Made by a program: the position numbers and the translations under genes. Below, one piece after another: positions 56,610 through 64,000 of a stretch of DNA of 64,000 nt. The stretch covers positions 36,190-100,189 of the forward strand of contig VXRJ01000004.1 of assembly GCA_009838525.1 (NCBI GenBank), given 5' to 3'. The first letter of the stretch is position 1; the number at the start of each line of letters is the position of its first letter. Under the pieces are notes generated by a model, which saw nothing but the letters and a program-made list of their open reading frames with translations, had not been told where the DNA came from and ran no database searches. The stretch comes from Acidobacteriota bacterium (GTDB lineage Bacteria > Acidobacteriota > Vicinamibacteria > Vicinamibacterales > UBA8438).

Positions 56610-57921
56610 CGTCCTCCTCCTCCGGAAGCCGAATGATCTCCTCCCGGTTCTCCTGAACCCACTTCTTCGCTTCCTCCGCAACCGAATCGTGGGCAAATAC
56701 ATTGTCCACTGACCATACGGGCACTTCCTTCAGCAGCGTCGACACGTCGACAGACGAAACCACCCCGTCGGCGAGCTCGACGGGAAAGTCCTGCGACACG
56801 CTTCTCGGCCCCGAGCGGTCACGCCTGACCATGTCCGGCCCGTACTTGCTGCACAGCGCTTCGTAAACATCCGCTCCCGCCTCCGGATTGATCTCCACGT
56901 CCGCCGGGTTGCGCTGGTAAACGACTTTGAAGTGCCTACGGTGAACAATGCGGTTCGCGTGGACATGCCCCACACGGCTAGGATCGTCGGCCGCCTGCCG
57001 CAACATCACGGTCATCTCGTCGTCGGTACAGCGGAGATGTTCCTGGACCTCGATAGAGAAAACGCCGTCACTGAGGGTTTCTCGCAGGAAGTCCAACAGA
57101 TGTATGTCATAGATCCGCCTGACGGGATGAAAACAGACCTGCGAGTACATGAAGTACCGCGCAAGCATAAGCGCTTCCGCGGAGTGCCTCCCACCTTCCT
57201 CCAGGCCAAGTGCGAGTTCTCCAGCCGTTTCCGCCTCCGGGTCGTCAGGAACACGGAGAATGCGAAGGGTGTCGATGAGCCGATAGTGATCAAACTTTCC
57301 GTAGGCGACGCCAGTGTGGTGCGAATCACGAAGCAGATAGTCCATCCGGTCAACGCCAAACGCGTCGCCAACGATGATGTCAGCAAGAATAGATTCCCAG
57401 GACGAGAATGTCAGATCCCTCGCTTCGCCCGGCCCGAGCGCCAGCTTCACAATGTCGCCACATCTGAGAGGCGGCGTCATCGCATGCCAAACGGACCGCA
57501 GTGGCTCACTTTCGATGAGCGCGCGCGTGAGACGCTCGTGATTCCATCCATCCGGCAAGAGTTCCTCGGCTGCGTGGGAGAAGGGAAGGTGCCCAATGTC
57601 ATGACACAGCGCCGCCATGCGAAGGACGCGTCGCCAGTAGTCGAATTGCTCGCGCGGTGCTCCGAGGCGTTCCCGAATCTCATCGGTCAAGTGTGCGCGA
57701 GCGGTGACGACGTCGAACACCCGGGTCGCGAGTTCCATGACGCCGAGCGAGTGCTCGAATCGACGATGCGTGGCGCCAGGATAGACGAGGTAGGTGAGCG
57801 CCAGTTGATGGATGTGCCGCAGACGCTGGAACGGAGCGGAGTCGAGGACCTCTCGCTCGGTGCTATCCAGGCGCACGAAGACGTGAATCGGATCCCTGAT
57901 CTCGTGTACGTGCTTCGGCAC
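56602..57921 (-). CDS. SAMHD1-like HD-domain phosphohydrolase (COG1078-type putative dNTP triphosphohydrolase)
   Basis: 439 aa. IRDPIHVFVRL, FQRLRHIHQL, HRRFEHSLGV, CHDIGHLPFSH and VDRMDYLLRDS give the H...HD...D pattern. G+C is visibly lower (about 53% in sampled lines) than in flanking genes. Confidence 0.85.
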   Translation of the reverse strand: MPKHVHEIRDPIHVFVRLDSTEREVLDSAPFQRLRHIHQLALTYLVYPGATHRRFEHSLGVMELATRVFDVVTARAHLTDEIRERLGAPREQFDYWRRVLRMAALCHDIGHLPFSHAAEELLPDGWNHERLTRALIESEPLRSVWHAMTPPLRCGDIVKLALGPGEARDLTFSSWESILADIIVGDAFGVDRMDYLLRDSHHTGVAYGKFDHYRLIDTLRILRVPDDPEAETAGELALGLEEGGRHSAEALMLARYFMYSQVCFHPVRRIYDIHLLDFLRETLSDGVFSIEVQEHLRCTDDEMTVMLRQAADDPSRVGHVHANRIVHRRHFKVVYQRNPADVEINPEAGADVYEALCSKYGPDMVRRDRSGPRSVSQDFPVELADGVVSSVDVSTLLKEVPVWSVDNVFAHDSVAEEAKKWVQENREEIIRLPEEEDDE

Positions 57922-58114
57922 GGTCCAGCCAACAACGAGAGGTGAGCCCGCAGTGCAACGGCACGGTGCCCCAGTTACCCCGAGGGGATCTGGAACGCCG
58001 TACGCGCGTGAAGTGAGTATAGCGCGTTCTCCGCAGTGCCTCGCCGGTCAGTCGTCCGGGCGCCGAGAATGCGGTCGCAGACGCTGCAGTATCATTCCGC
58101 CGAGGAGCGAAATC

Positions 58115-58855
58115 ATGCGGAACACGCCAAGTGCATTCGGCGCGACTCTGGTTGCGACAGCGCTGTTGCTGGCTGGTGTGACTGCCATAGCAGCACAGGG
58201 AAGCCCCACCATGGAGCACCTGGTCTTCAACATAGACGGGCACGGCAACATGCCCTACGCCGTCTCCGTGCCGGACGGCTACGACCCGGACGGCGAACCG
58301 CGCCCGCTCGTTCTCGCCCTCCATCCGGGCGGCATCACCGGCGCCTACTACGGCAGCCGGAACCTGCGCGGCATCTTCGAGCCCGGGCTCCGCGGCCTCG
58401 GTGCGGTGATGGTCGCGCCGGACGTCCCGACGCGGCGCTGGAATTCCGACGTCGCCAACCGGGGCGTGATGGCCCTGCTGCAGCAGGTCGTCGACACCTA
58501 CAACATCGACCGCTCACGCATCCTGGTGACCGGCTTCAGCCTGGGCGGCGCCGGCACGTGGTTCTTCGCGGGGCAGCACCCCGACTTCTTCACGGGGGCC
58601 ATACCCATCGCGGGGCGGGCGAGCGACCTCGATCCCGAGGCGTTCGGCGACATGCCGATCCACATCATCCACAGCCGGGCCGACGAGGTCGTCCCGTTCG
58701 AACCCGCCGAGGCGGCATTCGATCAACTGGAGGCGGCGGGGCACCCGGTGGCCTTCACCCCGCTGGAGGGCGTCGGCCATTTCAACATGGGCAGCTACGT
58801 GCCGTCGCTCCAGGCCGCCGGCGACTGGATGGTCGCCCGGTGGGACGGCCGCTGA
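58115..58855 (+). CDS. secreted alpha/beta hydrolase (esterase/depolymerase-like)
   Basis: ATG 58115 after GAGGAG, with a signal peptide. Nucleophile elbow GFSLGG, plus a late Asp and His (HSRADEVV, GVGHF). Confidence 0.82.
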   Translation: MRNTPSAFGATLVATALLLAGVTAIAAQGSPTMEHLVFNIDGHGNMPYAVSVPDGYDPDGEPRPLVLALHPGGITGAYYGSRNLRGIFEPGLRGLGAVMVAPDVPTRRWNSDVANRGVMALLQQVVDTYNIDRSRILVTGFSLGGAGTWFFAGQHPDFFTGAIPIAGRASDLDPEAFGDMPIHIIHSRADEVVPFEPAEAAFDQLEAAGHPVAFTPLEGVGHFNMGSYVPSLQAAGDWMVARWDGR

Positions 58856-58876
58856 AGCCTTTGAGAGCAGTCTGAG

Positions 58877-58901
58877 TTTGCCGGCCTGGAGGCCGGCGCA
58901 C
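58877..58901 (+). repeat. REP/RPE-like hairpin repeat
   Basis: TTGCCGGCCTGGAGGCCGGCGCACC between the esterase stop and the vapC stop. Confidence 0.85.
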
Positions 58902-58941
58902 CGGGCAGCCTCGACCGCGGCGCACCGAGTGGACTCGACCG

Positions 58942-59355
58942 CTATCCATCCCTACCCGACGGACGGACGTCAGCCATCGCAAGATCCGTGCGCGGAAAGT
59001 CGTCGCCCTTGGACAAGAGCGGCTCTCCGAATCGCCGCGCAAGTGCGTAGGTGAAGCAGTCCCCGAAGTTGAGTCCGGCCCGATGCCGCCCTTGCCCGTA
59101 GTCGCTGAACGCCTGCCGGGCGATCTTCGCCTGAGCCGCATCGACCGCGATGACCTCGATCCCGGCATCGTCCAGCCACCGGTCGAGCAGGAGAATGCCC
59201 TCAGCCCCGTGGCGGGACTCCAGAATCATCGAAGTCTCAACGAAGGTCGCAGCAGACATCCGCACCACCTCAGCCCCTACGATCGCGTCGACAAACGACT
59301 CGCGTTCCCGCTCTCCCAGCAGAATCGCCACGATGGCAGACGAGTCGATCACCAT
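58942..59355 (-). CDS. vapC: PIN-domain toxin VapC
   Basis: ATG 59355 inside ORF 58942..59433, 137 aa. MVIDSSAIVAIL, with conserved acidic residues and NFGDCFTYALA typical of VapC. TGATG overlap with vapB. Confidence 0.88.
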   Translation of the reverse strand: MVIDSSAIVAILLGERERESFVDAIVGAEVVRMSAATFVETSMILESRHGAEGILLLDRWLDDAGIEVIAVDAAQAKIARQAFSDYGQGRHRAGLNFGDCFTYALARRFGEPLLSKGDDFPRTDLAMADVRPSGRDG

Positions 59356-59609
59356 CAGGTCGGCAGGCCGTCTTCGTCGTAGCCGATGATCTCGTCGGCG
59401 GACCGGGAATCCAGTACCGGTAGCTGCGCGCACCGTCGGGCAATGTCCAGTAGACGTTCTCGACGCGAACGCCCCGACCGATCGTCACGCAGGCGATCGA
59501 GCCTCTCCCGTATGGCGTCGGTTACCGCTTGCGTCTTCGACTGCCCAGTGAGCCGCGCCAATTCCGCCGCCAACCGCTCCGTCTCGGCATTCCTGAGGTT
59601 GAGTGCCAT
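59355..59609 (-). CDS. vapB: VapB-family antitoxin
   Basis: 84 aa: MALNLRNAETERLAAELARLTGQSKTQAVTDAIRERL. It lies immediately upstream of and overlaps vapC. Confidence 0.85.
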   Translation of the reverse strand: MALNLRNAETERLAAELARLTGQSKTQAVTDAIRERLDRLRDDRSGRSRRERLLDIARRCAQLPVLDSRSADEIIGYDEDGLPT

Positions 59610-59666
59610 ATGTCACTTATGTAGCAACGTGTCTACATTGTATCATCCGGCCGTCAGCCATTGTGG

Positions 59667-59703
59667 AGCCGGCCTGGAGGCCGGCGCACCAGGCCGGCGC
59701 ACC
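59667..59703 (+). repeat. REP/RPE-like hairpin repeat plus partial duplicate
   Basis: AGCCGGCCTGGAGGCCGGCGCACC followed by AGGCCGGCGCACC, in the divergent gap between vapB and the aldo/keto reductase gene. Confidence 0.85.
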
Positions 59704-59739
59704 GGTCGGCTCACCTGCGCAACGGCTAGAATCTCCGCC

Positions 59740-60786
59740 ATGAAATACCGACAGTTGGGCCGGACAGGCGTCTACGTCTCCGAGCTTTGCCTCGGCGCGA
59801 TGACGTTCGGAACGGAGTGGGAAGTCATCGGCGCCCTCGGCCAGAGGGATGCCGACGCGCTGGTGGGGGCGTCGATCGACGCCGGGATCAACTTCTTTGA
59901 TACGGCGGACGTCTACTCCACCGGTGACTCCGAGGAGATCCTGGGCAAGGCGCTCGCTTCGAAGCGCCAGGAGGTCGTCATCGCCACCAAGGTGCGCGGG
60001 CGCATGGGGCGCGGCGCGAACGAGGTGGGGCTGTCGCGGCTCCACATCATCCAGGCGTGCGAGGCGAGCCTGCGCCGGCTCGGCACCGACTACATCGACC
60101 TCTACCAGATCCACCGCGGCGATCCCGACACCGACATCGAGGAGACGCTGAGCGCGCTCTCCGATCTCGTGCGGGCCGGCAAGGTGCGCTACGTCGGTTG
60201 CTCCAACCTCCCGGCGTGGGAACTGATGAAGGCGCTTGGCGTCTCCGAGCGGCGCGGGATCGAGCGCTTCTGCGCGACGCAGTCCTACTATTCGCTCTCG
60301 GGGCGCGACCTGGAGCACGACACGATCCCGCTGATCGAGGATCAGGGGCTCGCGCTGCTCGTCTGGAGTCCGCTCGCGGGAGGCTTCCTGACCGGCAAGT
60401 TCACGCGCGAGGGCGCCCGCGACCGCGAGGCGAGGCGCGCCTCGTTCGACTTCCCGCCAATCGATCGAGAACAGACATACGACATTCTGGCCGTCATGGC
60501 GGCGGTCGCCGAGGCGCACGGCGTGTCGGTGGCGCAGGTCGCGATCGCGTGGCTGCTGGCGAAGTCCGCGGTGACGAGCGTCATCATCGGGGCGAAGCGG
60601 ATGGATCAGTTGCGTGACAACCTCGGAGCGGTCGACGTCGAGTTGTCGGCCGAAGAGGTGACGTCGCTCGACGAGGTCAGCGCGCGGCCACGCCCCTACC
60701 CGATGTGGATGCTGGCCCTCGGGGACGACCGGCGGCCGGGGCAGAAACGCGATTTGGCCGATATTCTGAAGAGAGAGGCAAAGTAG
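59740..60786 (+). CDS. aldo/keto reductase
   Basis: ATG 59740 inside ORF 59386..60786, 348 aa. MKYRQLGRTGVYVSELCLGAMTFG, FFDTADVY and DLYQIH blocks. Confidence 0.9.
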   Translation: MKYRQLGRTGVYVSELCLGAMTFGTEWEVIGALGQRDADALVGASIDAGINFFDTADVYSTGDSEEILGKALASKRQEVVIATKVRGRMGRGANEVGLSRLHIIQACEASLRRLGTDYIDLYQIHRGDPDTDIEETLSALSDLVRAGKVRYVGCSNLPAWELMKALGVSERRGIERFCATQSYYSLSGRDLEHDTIPLIEDQGLALLVWSPLAGGFLTGKFTREGARDREARRASFDFPPIDREQTYDILAVMAAVAEAHGVSVAQVAIAWLLAKSAVTSVIIGAKRMDQLRDNLGAVDVELSAEEVTSLDEVSARPRPYPMWMLALGDDRRPGQKRDLADILKREAK

Positions 60787-60842
60787 CCCGCCGTGAAGCC
60801 CTGCCAGATCCCGGCGACCGCACATTCCGCCAGAGGGCAACC

Positions 60843-62207
60843 ATGCACATACACCACCGGCCGAGACCGCTCACTCTCGAGAGCTTTATGGAAGGGCTGG
60901 TTCGCCGCAATCCGGCGGAGCCGGAGTTCCACCAGGCGGTCGAGGAGGTAGCCGAGTCGGTCATCCCGTTCATCAAGCAGCACCATCCGGAGTACGAGCG
61001 CCTCAAGATCCTGGAACGGTTGACCGAGCCGGACCGGATCATCACGTTCCGCGTCACCTGGCAGAGCGACGACGGCTACATCCACGCCGATCGCGCCTGG
61101 CGCGTGCAGTTCTCCAACGCCATCGGCCCCTACAAAGGGGGACTCCGATTCCACCCGACAGTGACCCGTAGCGTGCTCAAGTTCCTCGGTTTCGAGCAGA
61201 TCCTGAAGAACAGCCTGACCGGGTTGCCGATGGGGGGCGCGAAGGGAGGCGCCAACTTCGACCCGCGCGGGAAGAGCGACAGCGAAGTGATGCGTTTCTG
61301 CCAGTCGATGATGCGCGAACTCCACCGCCACATCGGCGAGGATACCGACGTGCCGGCTGGCGACATCGGCGTCGGCGCCCGCGAGATCGGCTACCTGTTC
61401 GGCCAGTACATGCGGCTGTCGAACCGCTTCACCGGCGTCCTTACCGGCAAGGGCCTCGCGTTCGGGGGGAGCAGGGTGCGGACCGAGGCGACCGGCTACG
61501 GCGCGGTCTACTTCCTCCAGAACATGCTGGCGACGCGGGGTGACGACGTCCGCGGGAAGACCGCCGTCGTCTCGGGATCCGGCAACGTCGCGCTCTACGC
61601 CATCGAGAAGCTGGTGGAACTGGGAGCCAGGGTCGTGGCGGCGTCGGACTCGGGCGGTTTCATCCACGATCCGGACGGCATCAACGCCGAGAAGCTCCTT
61701 TGGCTGAAGGACCTGAAAGAGAAGCGGCGCGGGCGGATCCACGAGTACGCCGAGCACTTCGGCTGCGACTACCATTCCGGCAAGCGGCCCTGGCACGCCC
61801 CCTGCGACCTGGCGCTGCCGTGCGCGACGCAGAACGAGCTCGACGGCGACGACGCCCGAACCCTGCTCGACAACGGCTGCATCGCGGTGTCGGAGGGCGC
61901 GAACATGCCCTCCACGCGGGACGCGGTCCACGTCTTCCGGGAGCGGAAGATCCTGTTCGGTCCCGGAAAGGCGGCGAACGCGGGAGGCGTCGCGGTGTCG
62001 GGCCTTGAGCAGAGCCAGAATGCGCTCCGGATCTCCTGGGACCACCACGAGGTGGATACGCAGTTGCGGAAGATCATGAAGGGCATCCACCAGAAGTGCT
62101 GCGCCGACGGGGCCGGGGACGACGGTTACATCGACTACGTCCGCGGCGCGAACATCGGGGGGTTCCGCAAGGTGGCCGAAGCGCTGGTCGCCTACGGCGC
62201 GGTGTAG
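60843..62207 (+). CDS. gdhA: NADP-specific glutamate dehydrogenase
   Basis: ATG 60843 inside ORF 60705..62207, 454 aa. GPYKGGLRFHP, LPMGGAKGG and GSGNVA Rossmann motif. Confidence 0.92.
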   Translation: MHIHHRPRPLTLESFMEGLVRRNPAEPEFHQAVEEVAESVIPFIKQHHPEYERLKILERLTEPDRIITFRVTWQSDDGYIHADRAWRVQFSNAIGPYKGGLRFHPTVTRSVLKFLGFEQILKNSLTGLPMGGAKGGANFDPRGKSDSEVMRFCQSMMRELHRHIGEDTDVPAGDIGVGAREIGYLFGQYMRLSNRFTGVLTGKGLAFGGSRVRTEATGYGAVYFLQNMLATRGDDVRGKTAVVSGSGNVALYAIEKLVELGARVVAASDSGGFIHDPDGINAEKLLWLKDLKEKRRGRIHEYAEHFGCDYHSGKRPWHAPCDLALPCATQNELDGDDARTLLDNGCIAVSEGANMPSTRDAVHVFRERKILFGPGKAANAGGVAVSGLEQSQNALRISWDHHEVDTQLRKIMKGIHQKCCADGAGDDGYIDYVRGANIGGFRKVAEALVAYGAV

Positions 62208-62220
62208 CCGCTCTTGCGGT

Positions 62221-62243
62221 CCGCCGGCCTGGTGCGCCGGCCT
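62221..62243. repeat. truncated/rearranged REP/RPE-like repeat abutting the poly-G tract
   Basis: CCGCCGGCCTGGTGCGCCGGCCT: repeat halves without a complete hairpin, immediately followed by the G run. Confidence 0.6.
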
Positions 62244-62474
<231 letters not shown>

Positions 62475-62476
62475 GC

Positions 62477-63814
62477 TTACTGCGTTACTTGCGTGAAGTA
62501 GTCCGGCAGCCCGGGCTTCGTGTCGCGAAGAATCTCCACGATCGCCTGCCGGTCGGCGAGCGTGAGCCGGTCGTAGGGCGATTCGCTCACCTCGCCGGAC
62601 AGCACGGCCCACATCCTGCGGTAGATCGCCTCCAGCGCGAACTCGGGCAGCCCGTCGAACGCCGCCGTGTAGATCATGTAGCTGCACGGATACCGGAACA
62701 GCCGGCCGTCCAGACTGACCTCCCGGAGCGTCCGGCCCTGGGCGTCGTGCGGGCCGCGCGCCGCGAACGCCTCCGCGAAGCCCGACGCGCCCGCGATGCC
62801 GGCGGGAAGCGGCGCCTCGTCGACGAACAGCAGGTAGTCGACCAGCTCGACCGCCGCCTCGTCGACGATCTCCCGGAAGCGGCCGTCGTCAGTGGACCGG
62901 CCACGGTCCTCCGGGGCGACCTGGGCCTCCCGGTGCGCGATCCGCCGCGCCTCCCAACCAATACGCGTGATCAGGTTCGTCATGTGGACCTGGTGGTCGA
63001 GCACCATGAGCGCCACAACGTCGCTGTACGGGGTCGGGTAGCCATCGAGGTCGAAGCGCCCCTCCATCGACTCGATCACCGGCGGAACGACGCCGAACGT
63101 CGCGGTCGGATCGTCGACATTCTCCACCTCGACGTTCCCCATATGCGCGGTGTCGCCGTGCGTGCCGGTGACGTACCAGCCACCCCACCGGTCCTCGAGG
63201 CGGCTCCGGTGGTCGACGAAGTGGCCGCTCGCGTAGGCGTTGGGGTCTTTCGAGAGGGGGAACATGCTCATCGTCTGCAGCCCCGGGACGCCGAGGGTGT
63301 CCCACGAGAGGTGGCAGGCGAGGCAGGTCTCGCGCCGCTCGAAGCGAGGCGCCTCGTCAGGCGTCTGCGCCAGGGTATAGAAGACGCTCCCCTGCCGCCG
63401 GTCGAAAGCGGCGATCTCGAGCACGTCCGCTCCCCGCACCCAGGCCAGCGACACCTCGTCGGCGAAATAGACCGCTCGGGGGTTGTCGAACTCGATGTAC
63501 TCCGCCTGGAAGCTGGTGGGCGAGAAGACCAGCATCTGAGATTCGACCGGCAGATCGAAGGCCTCCAGCACGGAGCGCAGATAGCCGCTCCGCCCCTCCC
63601 AGCGCAGGTCGATCTCGCCTGCCTCGAGGCGCTCGTTCAGATCGGCCACGACGTTGTCCACGGGCCCGTCGGTGTACTGGATCGCGGGATGGTCGCGCGG
63701 CCCACGAAAGGCCCCGCCCCGCTGGCTGAAAACGTCACTGGCGGCCATCGCCGCGAGGAGGACCGCGGCGGCGGCGGCCAGCACGAAACGTGGCGTGCAA
63801 CGTCTGCGCGACAT
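62477..63814 (-). CDS. secreted hypothetical protein with a single CXXCH motif
   Basis: ATG 63814 inside ORF 62477..63976 gives the signal anchor MSRRRCTPRFVLAAAAAVLLAAMA. One CLACH motif. 445 aa. No family recognised. Confidence 0.7.
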   Translation of the reverse strand: MSRRRCTPRFVLAAAAAVLLAAMAASDVFSQRGGAFRGPRDHPAIQYTDGPVDNVVADLNERLEAGEIDLRWEGRSGYLRSVLEAFDLPVESQMLVFSPTSFQAEYIEFDNPRAVYFADEVSLAWVRGADVLEIAAFDRRQGSVFYTLAQTPDEAPRFERRETCLACHLSWDTLGVPGLQTMSMFPLSKDPNAYASGHFVDHRSRLEDRWGGWYVTGTHGDTAHMGNVEVENVDDPTATFGVVPPVIESMEGRFDLDGYPTPYSDVVALMVLDHQVHMTNLITRIGWEARRIAHREAQVAPEDRGRSTDDGRFREIVDEAAVELVDYLLFVDEAPLPAGIAGASGFAEAFAARGPHDAQGRTLREVSLDGRLFRYPCSYMIYTAAFDGLPEFALEAIYRRMWAVLSGEVSESPYDRLTLADRQAIVEILRDTKPGLPDYFTQVTQ

Positions 63815-63872
63815 CAGTCGTCTGGGATTATAATTTCCGCTCGACGTGTGTAGTTCTGAAGAGGACAAGCCA

Positions 63873-64000
63873 ATGCTGAATCGAACGCTGCCGGCCGCCG
63901 CGGTGGCCGTCGTCGCCGCCCTCGCGTGGATGCCCGCGACCGCAACGGCCGCCCAGGACGGCGCGCCCACGTTCACGAAGGACGTAGCGCCGATCTTCCA
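63873..64000 (+). CDS. secreted protein, N-terminal fragment (PSCyt1-like start; gene runs off window end)
   Basis: ATG 63873 after GAGGA. MLNRTLPAAAVAVVAALAWMPATATAAQDGAPTFTKDVAPIF is a signal peptide followed by the F.KDV.PI. motif that precedes CXXCH in Planctomycete-type cytochrome domains. Not in the ORF track (no stop). Confidence 0.5.
   Translation, partial: MLNRTLPAAAVAVVAALAWMPATATAAQDGAPTFTKDVAPIF

Overview
Very GC-rich, gene-dense bacterial chromosomal segment (about two-thirds to 70% G+C by eye, not computed). I support about 55 protein-coding genes. I saw no rRNA, tRNA, CRISPR array, transposase or integrase. The gene content (CarboxypepD_reg-type TonB-dependent receptor, PSCyt-like cytochrome) suggests an Acidobacteriota- or Gemmatimonadota-like organism, but that is inference only.

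Most of the window is housekeeping or environmental metabolism:
- Core metabolism: proC, msrA, tkt, ggt, gdhA, glnS and gltX.
- Sugar: a GH65 phosphorylase with beta-phosphoglucomutase.
- Redox: a PQQ alcohol dehydrogenase with a dihaem cytochrome c, and SorAB-like sulfite dehydrogenase.
- Phosphate: PhoD and a two-domain PPK2.
- Potassium and cation transport: a Kv-type channel, two cation/proton antiporters and TrkAH.

The six-frame track contains many long Arg/Pro/Gly/Ala-rich antisense ORFs. These are high-GC artefacts. Several true genes start at internal ATG, GTG or TTG codons of longer listed ORFs.

Main observations:
1. A dispersed 24-nt hairpin repeat, TGCCGGCCTGGAGGCCGGCGCACC, occurs at 9 or more loci. 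Variants carry compensatory stem substitutions. Copies appear to lie in frame inside gltX, pgmB and the 5' end of sorB, in the manner of Rickettsia palindromic elements.
2. An OsmC-family gene has an in-frame TGA exactly at the catalytic Cys position, followed by a hairpin. This is a candidate selenoprotein.
3. A ~230-bp tract of almost pure G runs followed by C runs lies between gdhA and the next gene. It is either an extreme hairpin or an assembly/poly-G artefact and possible chimeric join.
4. A ~4-kb island sits between two paralogous serine-hydrolase genes. It encodes a SAM-methyltransferase/unknown/HNH fusion, two unknown proteins and an orphan antitoxin-like protein.
5. A visibly low-GC two-gene cassette (SAMHD1-like HD phosphohydrolase plus a YwgA/Panacea-like protein) abuts and overlaps the start of gltX.
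6. Two canonical type II toxin-antitoxin pairs are present, RES-Xre and VapBC. The VapBC pair is bracketed by the hairpin repeat.

All family assignments come from motif recognition by eye. No searches were run.
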